In this document: piece after piece, positions 47,723 through 56,903 of the stretch | Layout: every line of letters begins with the position of its first letter | Numbering within the stretch: the stretch's first letter is position 1 | Assembly: GCA_037200965.1 (NCBI GenBank) | Contig: JBBCGK010000001.1 | Location: 416,001 to 480,000 of the forward strand | Origin: a bacterium | GTDB lineage: Bacteria > Patescibacteriota > Minisyncoccia > Phycocordibacterales > Phycocordibacteraceae | Length of the DNA stretch: 64,000 nucleotides | Direction of reading: 5' to 3' | Notes under the pieces: generated by a model | Told to the model about the DNA's origin: nothing | Databases searched by the model: none | What the model saw: the letters and a program-made list of their open reading frames with translations, nothing else | Made by a program: the position numbers and the translations under genes

Positions 47723-49960
47723 ATGAAGAAAGCCAAGAAGAAAAATGTCGAGACGTACGAAACGCTGTTGCGGATCGCTGCGGCCATAGTACTTCTCGCC
47801 CTTGGCGCGCTTATGGGACTTGCGGCGTTCGCGGACCTTGGCGGATCTCCTCTTGCGGGTCCAGTCGGCTCTACGATATTCGGGTTTGCGTATCTTCTCG
47901 TCGGTATCGGCGCATTTCTTCTGCCGCTCCTTATGATTTGGCTTGGAATCTATGCGGGTTTCAGGCGTCCGCGCATCGCGCCCCTTACCGCAGCCGGTAC
48001 CGCGCTCATCCTCGCTGCGGTGCTCGCTTTCGCCGGGCTGTTTTCCAAAACCGTCGGAGGCCTTGCAGGTGCTTCCCTTGGAGACGAACTTCAACAGTTC
48101 TTCGGATTTTGGGGGGCGCTTGTCCTGGTACTTGCGATAGCAGCTGCGGGGATCGTTATCGTAAGCGATGTGGCGGCCATAGTACGTGTACTGGTAAACG
48201 CGCTCGCCGCGCTTGGCCGGGCAATCGGGAACGCGTGGCTTGCGGCGATTGCGCGCAGGCGCGAACGAAGGCTTGAGCGACAGGCGCAGGAGCTTGAAGA
48301 CAACATTGCTACAGAATCTTCGGAAACGGAGGCCGAAGTGGCACCACAGGAAGTATCGGATGAGCTCGTCGAGCGAGACCCGCTCGTCACGATGTTTAAC
48401 GAAAGCCCGTCCCAAGCCCGTGCGGCGTCCCCCGGCGGCATCCCGAGCTTTGATGCCGAGTACGACGCCCCTCCCCTCTCACTCCTTGGGGGCGACAAGG
48501 GCAAGCCTGACGTAGGCGACATAAAGGCGAACGCCAATATCATCAAGCGCACGTTCCAAAATTTCGGCATTAACGTGGAGATGGACGAAGTATCGGTTGG
48601 CCCTACCGTCACGCGCTACGCGATAAAACCGGCGGAAGGAGTGCGACTTTCAAAAATAATATCGCTCCAAAACAACCTTGAGCTTGCACTCGCCGCGCAT
48701 CCCGTGCGCATCGAGGCGCCGATCCCAGGCAAGTCGCTTGTCGGTATCGAGGTCCCGAACGCCTCAAAAGCGACCGTGGGCCTCGGCGGCGTTATGGGCG
48801 CGCCGGAGTGGACCAAGAGCGCGAAGCCGCTTCTCGCGGCGCTTGGCCGTGATATCACCGGCACGCCGCACTACGTGAACATCGCGAAGATGCCGCACGG
48901 ACTTGTCGCGGGCGCGACCGGTTCCGGAAAGTCGGTTGCCATGCACGCAATCATCACTTCCCTGCTCTATCGGAACGGCCCGAACCAGCTGCGGTTCATC
49001 ATGGTCGACCCGAAGCGCGTCGAGCTCACCCTCTATAACGGCATCCCCCACCTTCTCACGCCCGTCATCACCGACTCGAAGAAGGCGATCCTTGCGCTTA
49101 AGTGGGCGGCGAAGGAAATGGAACGCCGCTACAACATCCTCGAGGCCGAGACCGTGCGCGATATTGATTCCTATCACGCGACCGTCTTTGAGCCCGCAAA
49201 GAAACTTAAGGGCGAGGCGCGCCCGGAAGCGATGCCGTTCATTGTCATCGTCATCGACGAGCTCGCCGATATTATGCAGACCTATCCGCGGGAACTCGAA
49301 GCGGCTATCGTGCGCCTTGCGCAGATGAGCCGCGCCGTGGGCATCCACCTGGTCCTTTCGACACAGCGCCCTTCGGTGAATGTCATCACCGGCCTCATCA
49401 AGGCGAACGTGCCAACGCGTATGGCGCTTCAGGTGGCCTCGCAGATCGATTCGCGCACCATTCTCGACTCGGGCGGCGCCGAAATGCTTCTTGGCGCCGG
49501 GGACATGCTCTATCTCTCGGCCGATATGCAAAAGCCGGTACGCATCCAGACCGCCTATATAGGAGAGGGTGAAGTGAAGAAGGTGGTGCAGTATATAAAA
49601 AAGAACAATGCGGGCGATCTTTCTTCGCTTGACCTTGGAGGTACAGGCGGCGCATCTGAAGGCCCGAATGACGCGATCCTCATGGCGGGAGAAGATGACG
49701 ACGTGGACGACGACCTCTACACACAGGCAAAGGCAGCGGTCGAAGAAGCGGGCCGGGCTTCCACGTCGTACCTGCAGCGCAAGCTCCGCATCGGATATTC
49801 CCGCGCGGCCCGCCTCATGGATCTCCTTGAGGCCAAGGGGGTCATCGGCACTGCCGATGGCAGTAAGCCCCGAGAGGTGCTCACGGCAGCGGGAGCCGCG
49901 GCAGCCGCGTCTTCCGCCGATCTCTCCCCTTCCGAAGATGAAGAACCGTCAGTCTTCTAG
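47723..49960 (+). CDS. ftsK: DNA translocase FtsK/SpoIIIE
   Basis: N-terminal TM domain; ...GLVAGATGSGKSVAMHAIITSLL...; gamma domain at the C-terminus. Confidence 0.85.
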   Translation: MKKAKKKNVETYETLLRIAAAIVLLALGALMGLAAFADLGGSPLAGPVGSTIFGFAYLLVGIGAFLLPLLMIWLGIYAGFRRPRIAPLTAAGTALILAAVLAFAGLFSKTVGGLAGASLGDELQQFFGFWGALVLVLAIAAAGIVIVSDVAAIVRVLVNALAALGRAIGNAWLAAIARRRERRLERQAQELEDNIATESSETEAEVAPQEVSDELVERDPLVTMFNESPSQARAASPGGIPSFDAEYDAPPLSLLGGDKGKPDVGDIKANANIIKRTFQNFGINVEMDEVSVGPTVTRYAIKPAEGVRLSKIISLQNNLELALAAHPVRIEAPIPGKSLVGIEVPNASKATVGLGGVMGAPEWTKSAKPLLAALGRDITGTPHYVNIAKMPHGLVAGATGSGKSVAMHAIITSLLYRNGPNQLRFIMVDPKRVELTLYNGIPHLLTPVITDSKKAILALKWAAKEMERRYNILEAETVRDIDSYHATVFEPAKKLKGEARPEAMPFIVIVIDELADIMQTYPRELEAAIVRLAQMSRAVGIHLVLSTQRPSVNVITGLIKANVPTRMALQVASQIDSRTILDSGGAEMLLGAGDMLYLSADMQKPVRIQTAYIGEGEVKKVVQYIKKNNAGDLSSLDLGGTGGASEGPNDAILMAGEDDDVDDDLYTQAKAAVEEAGRASTSYLQRKLRIGYSRAARLMDLLEAKGVIGTADGSKPREVLTAAGAAAAASSADLSPSEDEEPSVF

Positions 49961-49975
49961 GGCGCCGAAGACGCC

Positions 49976-50302
49976 ATGCTAGTCCGTATAGCTATCCCCC
50001 TGGTACTTCTCGCCATTCTTGGCTTCGGGGTCGTGAAAGGACTGCCGCTTGTCCTCGGGCCCCGCATCGTCCTTTCTTCCCCCGCAGACGGGGCCGTTAT
50101 TCCCGACGGATTCCTCGTGGTCTCCGGCACCGCGTACCGGATCGACTCGCTCACCCTCAACGGCGCAAAGATTCTCCCGGAGGCCAGCGGGCACTTCGAG
50201 AAGCTCCTGGTACTCCCTTCGGGGCATACTATACTGTCCCTGACCGCCGCCGACCGCTTCGGGAGGTCCACGATCCTTCGCCGCACGGTCGTCGTTCCGT
50301 AG
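49976..50302 (+). CDS. hypothetical secreted / membrane-anchored protein
   Basis: MLVRIAIPLVLLAILGFGVV...; 108 aa. Confidence 0.4.
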   Translation: MLVRIAIPLVLLAILGFGVVKGLPLVLGPRIVLSSPADGAVIPDGFLVVSGTAYRIDSLTLNGAKILPEASGHFEKLLVLPSGHTILSLTAADRFGRSTILRRTVVVP

Positions 50303-50352
50303 TCCTTTGTTTCAGATTTATTTCATAACTTACCCGTTAGCCTTACGAAACC

Positions 50353-51402
50353 ATGGCCGCCAAGAAATCCGCAAAGACCGCAGAAAAAGAAAATCAGGCC
50401 GAAGGGGCCGCGCCTCAGTCCGACAAGCAGAAGTCTATCGACCGTGCGATCAAGGAAATCCAGACCAAGTTCGGCGATGAGGCCATCATGACGTATGGCT
50501 CCACTTCCCCGGCAAAAATCGCATTCGTTCCGACGGGCTCGATCGGGCTCGACGCGGCGCTCGGGATCGGCGGGCTTCCCCGCGGCCGCATCATCGAAAT
50601 ATACGGGCCAGAATCCTCAGGCAAGACGACGCTTGCGCTCCATGTGATAAGCGAAGCACAGAAGCTTGGCGGCATCTGCGCGTTCGTCGACGCCGAACAT
50701 GCGCTTGATCCGGAATACGCACGCAGGATCGGCGTACGGCTCCAAGAGCTTTTGATATCGCAGCCGGATACCGGCGAACAGGCGCTCGAGATCGTCGAGA
50801 GCCTCGTGCGCGCCGGCTCGGTCGACGTGATCGTGGTCGACTCGGTCGCCGCGCTTACCCCGAAAGACGAGATCGAGGGCGACATGGGACAGGCCCAGAT
50901 GGGCAAGCAGGCCAGACTCATGTCCCAGGCGCTCAGGAAGCTCACGGCCATCACCGCGAAGTCGAAGACCATCATCATTTTCATCAACCAGATCCGCATG
51001 CAGCTCGGCGTGATGTTCGGGAATCCCGAGACGACGACCGGCGGCAAAGCCCTCAAGTTCTATACTTCCGTGCGCCTCGACATCAGGCGCATCGCATCCA
51101 TCAAGAAGGGCGAAGAAGTTGTCGGCGGGAGGGTGCGGGTGAAGGTGGTGAAGAACAAGGTGGCGGCGCCCTTTAAGACCACCGAGTTCGATCTCCTCTA
51201 TAACGAAGGCATCAGCCGCGAAGGCGAGCTTATCGCGCTTGGTGAGAAGTATGAGCTCGTGCAGAAATCAGGCAATACGTACAAATTCGGCGAACAGAAG
51301 CTTGCCGTCGGGTACGATGCTTCGCGCACCTTCCTCAGGGAGAACAAGGCTATCGCGAACGATCTTCTGAAGCAGATCAGAGCGAAGCTTGCGGAGGGGT
51401 AA
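50353..51402 (+). CDS. recA: recombinase RecA
   Basis: ...[20 protein letters not shown]...[10 protein letters not shown]...; 349 aa. Confidence 0.9.
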   Translation: MAAKKSAKTAEKENQAEGAAPQSDKQKSIDRAIKEIQTKFGDEAIMTYGSTSPAKIAFVPTGSIGLDAALGIGGLPRGRIIEIYGPESSGKTTLALHVISEAQKLGGICAFVDAEHALDPEYARRIGVRLQELLISQPDTGEQALEIVESLVRAGSVDVIVVDSVAALTPKDEIEGDMGQAQMGKQARLMSQALRKLTAITAKSKTIIIFINQIRMQLGVMFGNPETTTGGKALKFYTSVRLDIRRIASIKKGEEVVGGRVRVKVVKNKVAAPFKTTEFDLLYNEGISREGELIALGEKYELVQKSGNTYKFGEQKLAVGYDASRTFLRENKAIANDLLKQIRAKLAEG

Positions 51403-51408
51403 ATTCTT

Positions 51409-52149
51409 ATGAGGGAAGGATACGTCGCTCCGAAGCAATCAGGTGAGACATCGCCTGAAATGCGGATTACCGCTTGTATCGGAGCAAAGGCGGATTTCGA
51501 CCCGTACACACGAGCAGATATACACGATTTGGACGCCATCCCCGTCGACTATTACGGGAACACAAAAAAATGGAACCGCTTCAATCAACTTAATGGAGGC
51601 GAGGGTACCTATGTAATTTCGGCCATCGATGCAAGCAATAAGGAATCGAAAGATTATCTCGACTGTACCGGTCTTGCCGCCGTAGGCACGGATAAGAGAT
51701 CTGGTGAAACTGTTTCGCTTTTGACTCATCAAGACCCCAAACAGATCGTACAAGAACACCGCGATCGGTACATTGTCGATATGACATCGCGTTTAATGGA
51801 ATTGCATGACAACTGCTCCCCTCATTCAATCGATGTGATGCTTTTTGGTGGAGCGGCAAGGAATTCCGAAGATATGAAAGGGTACCGAGAATCAATTATG
51901 CTTCTAAGGAAACTGTGCGAAAAGACCCTAGGCATCGATCCGCATGTCGTAGTAGGACCGAACAATCCTGATTTTAATCAATGGGATTGGGAGGTTGGAG
52001 CGGTACTCGATACCAAGCATCGGCGACTTTATATTACTCGAGCGCCACAAGATACAGTTCGTGATGCCGAAACTAGTTTTGGATTCAAAGCTTCTGAACT
52101 CGAAAACGTCGAGAGGCGGTGGCGAAACCCTTCCAACGGAAAAACTTAA
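51409..52149 (+). CDS. hypothetical protein, low-GC island immediately downstream of recA
   Basis: 246 aa with no motif I recognise. Visibly AT-richer codon usage than the flanking genes. Confidence 0.5.
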   Translation: MREGYVAPKQSGETSPEMRITACIGAKADFDPYTRADIHDLDAIPVDYYGNTKKWNRFNQLNGGEGTYVISAIDASNKESKDYLDCTGLAAVGTDKRSGETVSLLTHQDPKQIVQEHRDRYIVDMTSRLMELHDNCSPHSIDVMLFGGAARNSEDMKGYRESIMLLRKLCEKTLGIDPHVVVGPNNPDFNQWDWEVGAVLDTKHRRLYITRAPQDTVRDAETSFGFKASELENVERRWRNPSNGKT

Positions 52150-52168
52150 TGGGTATCGTTTAGAATTT

Positions 52169-52504
52169 CTAGGCTTGTACTGAAATAGCAGCAGAAAAAA
52201 CAAACGCCCGCGCGGTCTCGCGCGCAAGATAGACAACCGCCACGAGCACGACGAGCGAAAGCAGCTGTACCGGCAGGCGTGTGTCAAGAAATGCAGAGAC
52301 CCAGAAGTGCATAAAGGCGTTTATATGCGCGAGCGACGGCGCGTTCGCAAATACCTTCGCCACCCACACTTCCCTGCCGATGCCGTAGAGCGCGAATGCG
52401 GCAAGAATAAGTGCCCCGGTCTCGAGGCTCAGGGCCATGCGCGAAGCGCGTATGATGCGCACCCGGCGCATCACGGTTTTCTGGATCGCAGAGGTTGGTT
52501 CCAT
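52169..52504 (-). CDS. small membrane protein downstream of the ECF sigma (putative anti-sigma factor)
   Basis: 111 aa with TM segments; position matches the usual sigma / anti-sigma operon layout. Confidence 0.4.
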   Translation of the reverse strand: MEPTSAIQKTVMRRVRIIRASRMALSLETGALILAAFALYGIGREVWVAKVFANAPSLAHINAFMHFWVSAFLDTRLPVQLLSLVVLVAVVYLARETARAFVFSAAISVQA

Positions 52505-52517
52505 ACGGAAAAGATAA

Positions 52518-53102
52518 CTAGCGCTGCTTGTTAAAAGTTTCCCTGAAAAGCTTCTTCGCCCGGTGTACCCGCGTCTTCACGGCCGAGACGCTCGCGCCTT
52601 CTATTCGCGCCATTTCCTCTTGGTTTTTTCCTTCAAGGAATTGGAGTCTCAAAAGCCTTGCGGCGGACTCCGGAAGCTTCGCGAGCGCCTGGAGCACCTC
52701 GTCCCTAGCGGTAAGGTCAGCAACGAAATCCTCGCGGTCGGCGATGCGCTCGAAGCTTTCGGGCTCTAACTCGGTGCGCACGCCCCGCTCGGCTTTCAGT
52801 TTCTGATACTTGGTATAGGCGACCCGGTTGAGGATGGCATACGCCCAGGAAGAGAAGCTCGCGCCCTCCTGGGCCTCATAGCGGTCGGCGTAGAGGTATA
52901 TGCGGGTGAAGGCGTCCTGCACCGCCTCTTCCGCGTCCTCGTCGCTCCGGAGTATCGCTTTGGCCCGCCGGAGCAGGGGTGCCTCGTAGCGGGCGACGAG
53001 GATGGCGAAATGCTCGGGAGAACTTCGGGAAAGGACGAGTATCTCGGCGTCGGGAAGCTCGGGGGCCGCCTCTCTTGAAAAGCTCATAATAGCCTGTATC
53101 AT
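52518..53102 (-). CDS. RNA polymerase sigma-70 factor, ECF subfamily
   Basis: Region 2 ...VQDAFTRIYLY...; region 4 ...LQFLEGKNQEEMARIEGASVSAVKTRVHRA. Confidence 0.8.
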   Translation of the reverse strand: MIQAIMSFSREAAPELPDAEILVLSRSSPEHFAILVARYEAPLLRRAKAILRSDEDAEEAVQDAFTRIYLYADRYEAQEGASFSSWAYAILNRVAYTKYQKLKAERGVRTELEPESFERIADREDFVADLTARDEVLQALAKLPESAARLLRLQFLEGKNQEEMARIEGASVSAVKTRVHRAKKLFRETFNKQR

Positions 53103-53177
53103 ACGCTACATCCGCGGGTCGGACATTTTTTATAACCGCCCTTCCCCGCCGTTAGTTTCAAGCACTAATCAATCCCT

Positions 53178-53753
53178 ATGGCAGTACTCAGCTACAACGA
53201 GATAGTCCCGAAGGTCGTGATCGAATACGAAGGCGCTCCGTACGAGGTGCTCTCCTCGCACGTGTTCCGCATGCAGATGAGGAAGCCCGTGAACCAGACC
53301 AAGCTCCGAAGCATGCTCACGGGCAAGGTCACCGAGATATCCTTTCACCAGAGCGAAACGGTCAAGGAAGCCGATATCTCGACTATGGAAGCGAACTATC
53401 TCTATACCAACCGCGGCCAGTCGTGGTTTGCCGAAACCGGCAACGCGAAGAACCGTTTCTTTTTCGAGGAGGACGCCGTATCTGACAAGGTGAAATACCT
53501 GGTCCCAAATTCGGAAGTCGAGATATTCCAATACGAGGGCAAGCAGGTCTCCGTGAAGATTCCGGTCAAGATCGATCTTAAAGTCACCGACGCTCCCCCG
53601 GCCGTCAAAGGAAACACCGCCCAGGGCGGCAGCAAGCTCGTCACGCTTGAGAGCGGGGCGACCGTAAACGTTCCGCTCTTCATAAACGAGGGGGATATCC
53701 TCCGCCTCAACACGGACACGGGCGAATACGTGGAACGGGTCGAGAAAGCGTAA
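53178..53753 (+). CDS. efp: elongation factor P
   Basis: Three-domain EF-P: ...KPVNQTKLRSMLTGKV... and ...KGNTAQGGSKLVTLESGATVNVPLFI... Confidence 0.85.
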   Translation: MAVLSYNEIVPKVVIEYEGAPYEVLSSHVFRMQMRKPVNQTKLRSMLTGKVTEISFHQSETVKEADISTMEANYLYTNRGQSWFAETGNAKNRFFFEEDAVSDKVKYLVPNSEVEIFQYEGKQVSVKIPVKIDLKVTDAPPAVKGNTAQGGSKLVTLESGATVNVPLFINEGDILRLNTDTGEYVERVEKA

Positions 53754-53757
53754 AGCG

Positions 53758-53787
53758 AAATGGCGGGACCCCGGGGTCCCGCCATTT
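53758..53787. terminator. terminator hairpin
   Basis: AAATGGCGGGACCCC-GGGGTCCCGCCATTT. Confidence 0.55.
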
Positions 53788-53808
53788 ACTGCAGCTCCGT
53801 TTCTTCGA

Positions 53809-54360
53809 TCATCGTGACCTCCGGCCGGTCCGAACGGTCACGGAAGAGTCCGAAGCGACGAACGTCAGTCCGTCAGGCGTAAGCGCGTAGGGAAGGAGGA
53901 AATATGATTTTCCCTGCGGTACGCCATATTCGCCTTCCCGTCCGAACCATTGCGAGCGAATACCAAAGACGGTGAAAACCCGCGCGACCGCGATTACGCG
54001 GCACGCTCCCGCGCCGGAGATCGCGACAAATCGCGCTCTTGCTACGCGTAGCGATACCGCATGCTCGAGCCTCTGCGTCATGTCGTGCCGAGCTACCGCT
54101 TGAACGACTGGTTCCGGCCATTTCAAACATTCAGCCGCTTTCACGCTTGCCGCCCGAATCTCGGCTACAGTCAATCGCCCGCCGACCGCTGACGGGCGAT
54201 CATACAGGTCGACAGACCAATCAAGCGCCATGATGAACATCATCCCGAGCGTGAATATGATGCTCGACCTCGGGATTGCCGCCTCTACTTCGGCAAGCAG
54301 TCTTTGCAACGTTTTGAGCCCAAGCACCGCAGCGCGCCGAGGCCAGGTTTGAATCCGCAT
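53809..54360 (-). CDS. hypothetical protein
   Basis: 183 aa with host-like codon usage. Confidence 0.35.
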   Translation of the reverse strand: MRIQTWPRRAAVLGLKTLQRLLAEVEAAIPRSSIIFTLGMMFIMALDWSVDLYDRPSAVGGRLTVAEIRAASVKAAECLKWPEPVVQAVARHDMTQRLEHAVSLRVARARFVAISGAGACRVIAVARVFTVFGIRSQWFGREGEYGVPQGKSYFLLPYALTPDGLTFVASDSSVTVRTGRRSR

Positions 54361-54446
54361 CGCTTTCGGGCCTCGTTAAGGTACGGGCGGCACCCCGTGT
54401 GCCGCCGCTTCCTGAAGCGGAGAGTGCCACAGCAAAAATGTAAACG

Positions 54447-54474
54447 CAAGAAGGCGGTAAAAACCGCCTTCTTG
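54447..54474 (-). terminator. terminator of the rpsF-ssb-rpsR operon
   Basis: CAAGAAGGCGG-taaaaa-CCGCCTTCTTG, T-rich downstream on the minus strand. Confidence 0.5.
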
Positions 54475-54492
54475 TAGTTTGCCTAACGAGAA

Positions 54493-54699
54493 TTACGCCG
54501 CGAGGTACGGCATGAGGGCCATGTAGCGGGCGCGCTTTATCGCCTGCGTGATATCGCGCTGCTTTCCGGCCGGAAGTCCGGTGCGCTTTCTGGGGAGCAT
54601 CTTCGCGTGCGGGCTCGTGAACTGGCGAAGATATTCCACATCCTTGTAATCGATGTGCTTCTTAAGCTCTACCTCTTCCCGTTCGGATTGATATGCCAT
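54493..54699 (-). CDS. rpsR: 30S ribosomal protein S18
   Basis: ...KKHIDYKDVEYLRQFTSPHAKMLPRKRTGL...AIKRARYMALMPY. Confidence 0.85.
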   Translation of the reverse strand: MAYQSEREEVELKKHIDYKDVEYLRQFTSPHAKMLPRKRTGLPAGKQRDITQAIKRARYMALMPYLAA

Positions 54700-54709
54700 A
54701 GGTGATTAT

Positions 54710-55159
54710 TTAAAACGGAATGTCTTCCGGGTTGATGTCTTCGTCCGGGTACTGGATCTCGTCGGCGGGCGCGCCCTTGTCCTGGCTTCCCTCTCCCGCG
54801 CCCTCCTGGCCGCGGGTACCTCCGCCCATTCCGGCACCCGCAGGACCGAACTGGAAGTTCTCGACGACGATCTCGGAGCGGTACTTCTTCTGCCCTTCGC
54901 TCTCCCAGGAACGGGTCTGCATGCGGCCTTCGACGAAGATCGCCTTGCCTTTCTTCATGTACTGGCCGATAACTTCCGCCTGGCGGCCGAACGCCACGAT
55001 GTTATGGAACTCGGTCGACTCCTGCTTCGCCCCCTCCTTGTTCTTGTATGTACGGTTGGTCGCGATCGAAAACGACGCGACTTGCTGGCCCGAAGGGAGC
55101 GCGCGGAGTTCCGGATCGCGGGTGAGGTTGCCGTAGACGAAAGCTTTGTTGAGATACAT
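54710..55159 (-). CDS. ssb: single-stranded DNA-binding protein
   Basis: MYLNKAFVYGNLTRDPELR...; OB fold; Gly-rich tail ending DIPF. Confidence 0.85.
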   Translation of the reverse strand: MYLNKAFVYGNLTRDPELRALPSGQQVASFSIATNRTYKNKEGAKQESTEFHNIVAFGRQAEVIGQYMKKGKAIFVEGRMQTRSWESEGQKKYRSEIVVENFQFGPAGAGMGGGTRGQEGAGEGSQDKGAPADEIQYPDEDINPEDIPF

Positions 55160-55171
55160 CTGGGTAAGGTA

Positions 55172-55660
55172 TTAGACGGTCGTAGCCGTTTCAAGCGCCG
55201 CGTCGAGCTCGACTTCGGAGATGCCCTCCTCCTTTTGCGGAACCTGCATGCGGATAGAGCGCAGATCGGCCGCATGACGAGCGGCCTCACGGTCAGTCTT
55301 CACATCGATAAAGCGAATGATGCGCTTCTCTTCCCCCGCTTTCGAGATAACTGCAGCATGTCCTTCGCCTTTCGCTTCATATGCGATCCATGCGAAGAAC
55401 GCGCTGTTGAAGTCGCGGCGTCCGCCTACATCGCTTCTTGAGATGGTGTACGCGAGCGGGATACTTTCCGGCTCTCCCTCGGCAACGATCTCGCCTGCGG
55501 CTTCTGCCGCATCGCGGATGCCCTGATAGACCTTCTTCACTTCCTCGCTTGGAAGCTCGGGGTCGATATGGAAACCAAGCTCGTATACGCGGGCCTCGCC
55601 ATCATCGATGTCGGCGTCGAATTCCGCGCTCTCCGCTGCCTGATCCTTCTTCTTGGCCAT
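55172..55660 (-). CDS. rpsF: 30S ribosomal protein S6 (acidic N-terminal extension)
   Basis: ...RVYELGFHIDPEL...; position in the rpsF-ssb-rpsR operon. Confidence 0.7.
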   Translation of the reverse strand: MAKKKDQAAESAEFDADIDDGEARVYELGFHIDPELPSEEVKKVYQGIRDAAEAAGEIVAEGEPESIPLAYTISRSDVGGRRDFNSAFFAWIAYEAKGEGHAAVISKAGEEKRIIRFIDVKTDREAARHAADLRSIRMQVPQKEEGISEVELDAALETATTV

Positions 55661-55717
55661 AATAGGGGCATCCTAGCACGCTGCCCTACCCCTCGCAAGG
55701 CAGCTTTAAAGCGTAAA

Positions 55718-56533
55718 TCAGGCGAGCTTAAAGATCCGCCTGGCGTTTATAAGAAGCGCTTCGCGGACAGTTTCGACTTCCTCCCCGCGGATGCGGGCGA
55801 TGGCGGAGACGACATCCATGACGGCCAAAGGATCGTTCCTCTTCCCCCTGCGGGATGAGGGAGCGACGTAGGGAGAATCGGTTTCGGAGAGAAGGTGCGT
55901 AAGGGGCGCGGCGCGTACCACCTCGTCATAGTCGTGGGTAAAAGTGAGCACGGCCGTATAGGACGTAGTGAAATCAAGCGCGAAGAGCTTGCGCGCCTCT
56001 TCGATGCCGCCTACGAAGAAATGTACATTTCCGGTAAGGCGGTCTCCGTGCTCGCGCTTCGCGCTTTCGAGAATATCGATGAGATCGCTATATGCGTCGA
56101 CCGTTCCCTTGGAAGGCCGCGCATGAATCATCAGGGGCTTCCCGGTCTCGGCTGCAAGCACGACATGGCTCTCGAATACCGCTCGCTGTTTTTTCTTCGC
56201 TTCGTCGCTTGTATCAACGGGGCGGAAATAGTCTAGCCCGCACTCCCCTATCGAAACTACCTTCGGGTGCGCGGCAAGCGAGCGGAAGGCCGTCTCGTCG
56301 AATCTTTCTTCGGGCGTGTCGTTCGGATGGAGTCCGACAGAGGCGTAGAAGTCGGGACGGCTCTCCACGAGGACTATCGCCTGCTCGGAAGACTTCCGGT
56401 CGACGCCGACAACGATGCCGCCGACCTCATTCTCCGCAAGATTCTCGAAGAGCCTTCCTCGGTCCTCGTCGAACAGGTCGAACTGGACGTGGCAATGCGC
56501 ATCGAAATACTTCATGCGGTTGAACGATAGCAT
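55718..56533 (-). CDS. TatD-family metal-dependent DNase/hydrolase
   Basis: ...MKYFDAHCHVQFDLF...SIGECGLDYFR... Confidence 0.8.
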   Translation of the reverse strand: MLSFNRMKYFDAHCHVQFDLFDEDRGRLFENLAENEVGGIVVGVDRKSSEQAIVLVESRPDFYASVGLHPNDTPEERFDETAFRSLAAHPKVVSIGECGLDYFRPVDTSDEAKKKQRAVFESHVVLAAETGKPLMIHARPSKGTVDAYSDLIDILESAKREHGDRLTGNVHFFVGGIEEARKLFALDFTTSYTAVLTFTHDYDEVVRAAPLTHLLSETDSPYVAPSSRRGKRNDPLAVMDVVSAIARIRGEEVETVREALLINARRIFKLA

Positions 56534-56548
56534 AAAAAGGTCTGAGTG

Positions 56549-56585
56549 AGTTGCACAACCTCCTTTTTACGAACGATCCTGCAGG
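56549..56585 (+). repeat. 37-bp direct repeat, copy 1 (left boundary of the cassette)
   Basis: AGTTGCACAACCTCCTTTTTACGAACGATCCTGCAGG, identical to 58765..58801. Confidence 0.8.
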
Positions 56586-56594
56586 TTAAAAGCC

Positions 56595-56903
56595 GTGACT
56601 GATTTTCATCGAAAGCACGGCTACGACGTGGGGACCGGGAACATGGCGGTCATGTCGCTCAGAATTGGACTACTCATAGAAGAACTGGGTGAACTCCACG
56701 CCGTGGTTTCAAAGGGTGTTGGCGACATTTCAGAGGAACACGCAGACCTCTTGTATCTACTTCTTGGAAACTGCGTCACGCTTGGTATTGATATAGAAAC
56801 TGCTTTCTTTGCAAAACATGCCATTAACATGCGGAGGGAAGCCAAGGTAGTGAGGGGGAACCGCCGTGTATCGGATTGGTCCCATGAAAAATCTCAGGAA
56901 TGA
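56595..56903 (+). CDS. small MazG-like nucleoside-triphosphate pyrophosphohydrolase (MazZ-like)
   Basis: GTG start; 102 aa with MazG motifs LIEELGELHAVV and EEHADLLYLLLGNC; 4-bp overlap with the next gene; low GC. Confidence 0.65.
   Translation: MTDFHRKHGYDVGTGNMAVMSLRIGLLIEELGELHAVVSKGVGDISEEHADLLYLLLGNCVTLGIDIETAFFAKHAINMRREAKVVRGNRRVSDWSHEKSQE

Noticed and set aside
47660-48415. 251-aa minus-strand ORF
   Set aside because: Antisense to the ftsK N-terminal membrane domain. Arg/Lys-rich junk translation.
55718-56533. Considered whether tatD belongs to the inserted cassette
   Set aside because: tatD has host-like high GC, lies outside the repeats, and is on the opposite strand. It is treated as a flanking housekeeping gene.
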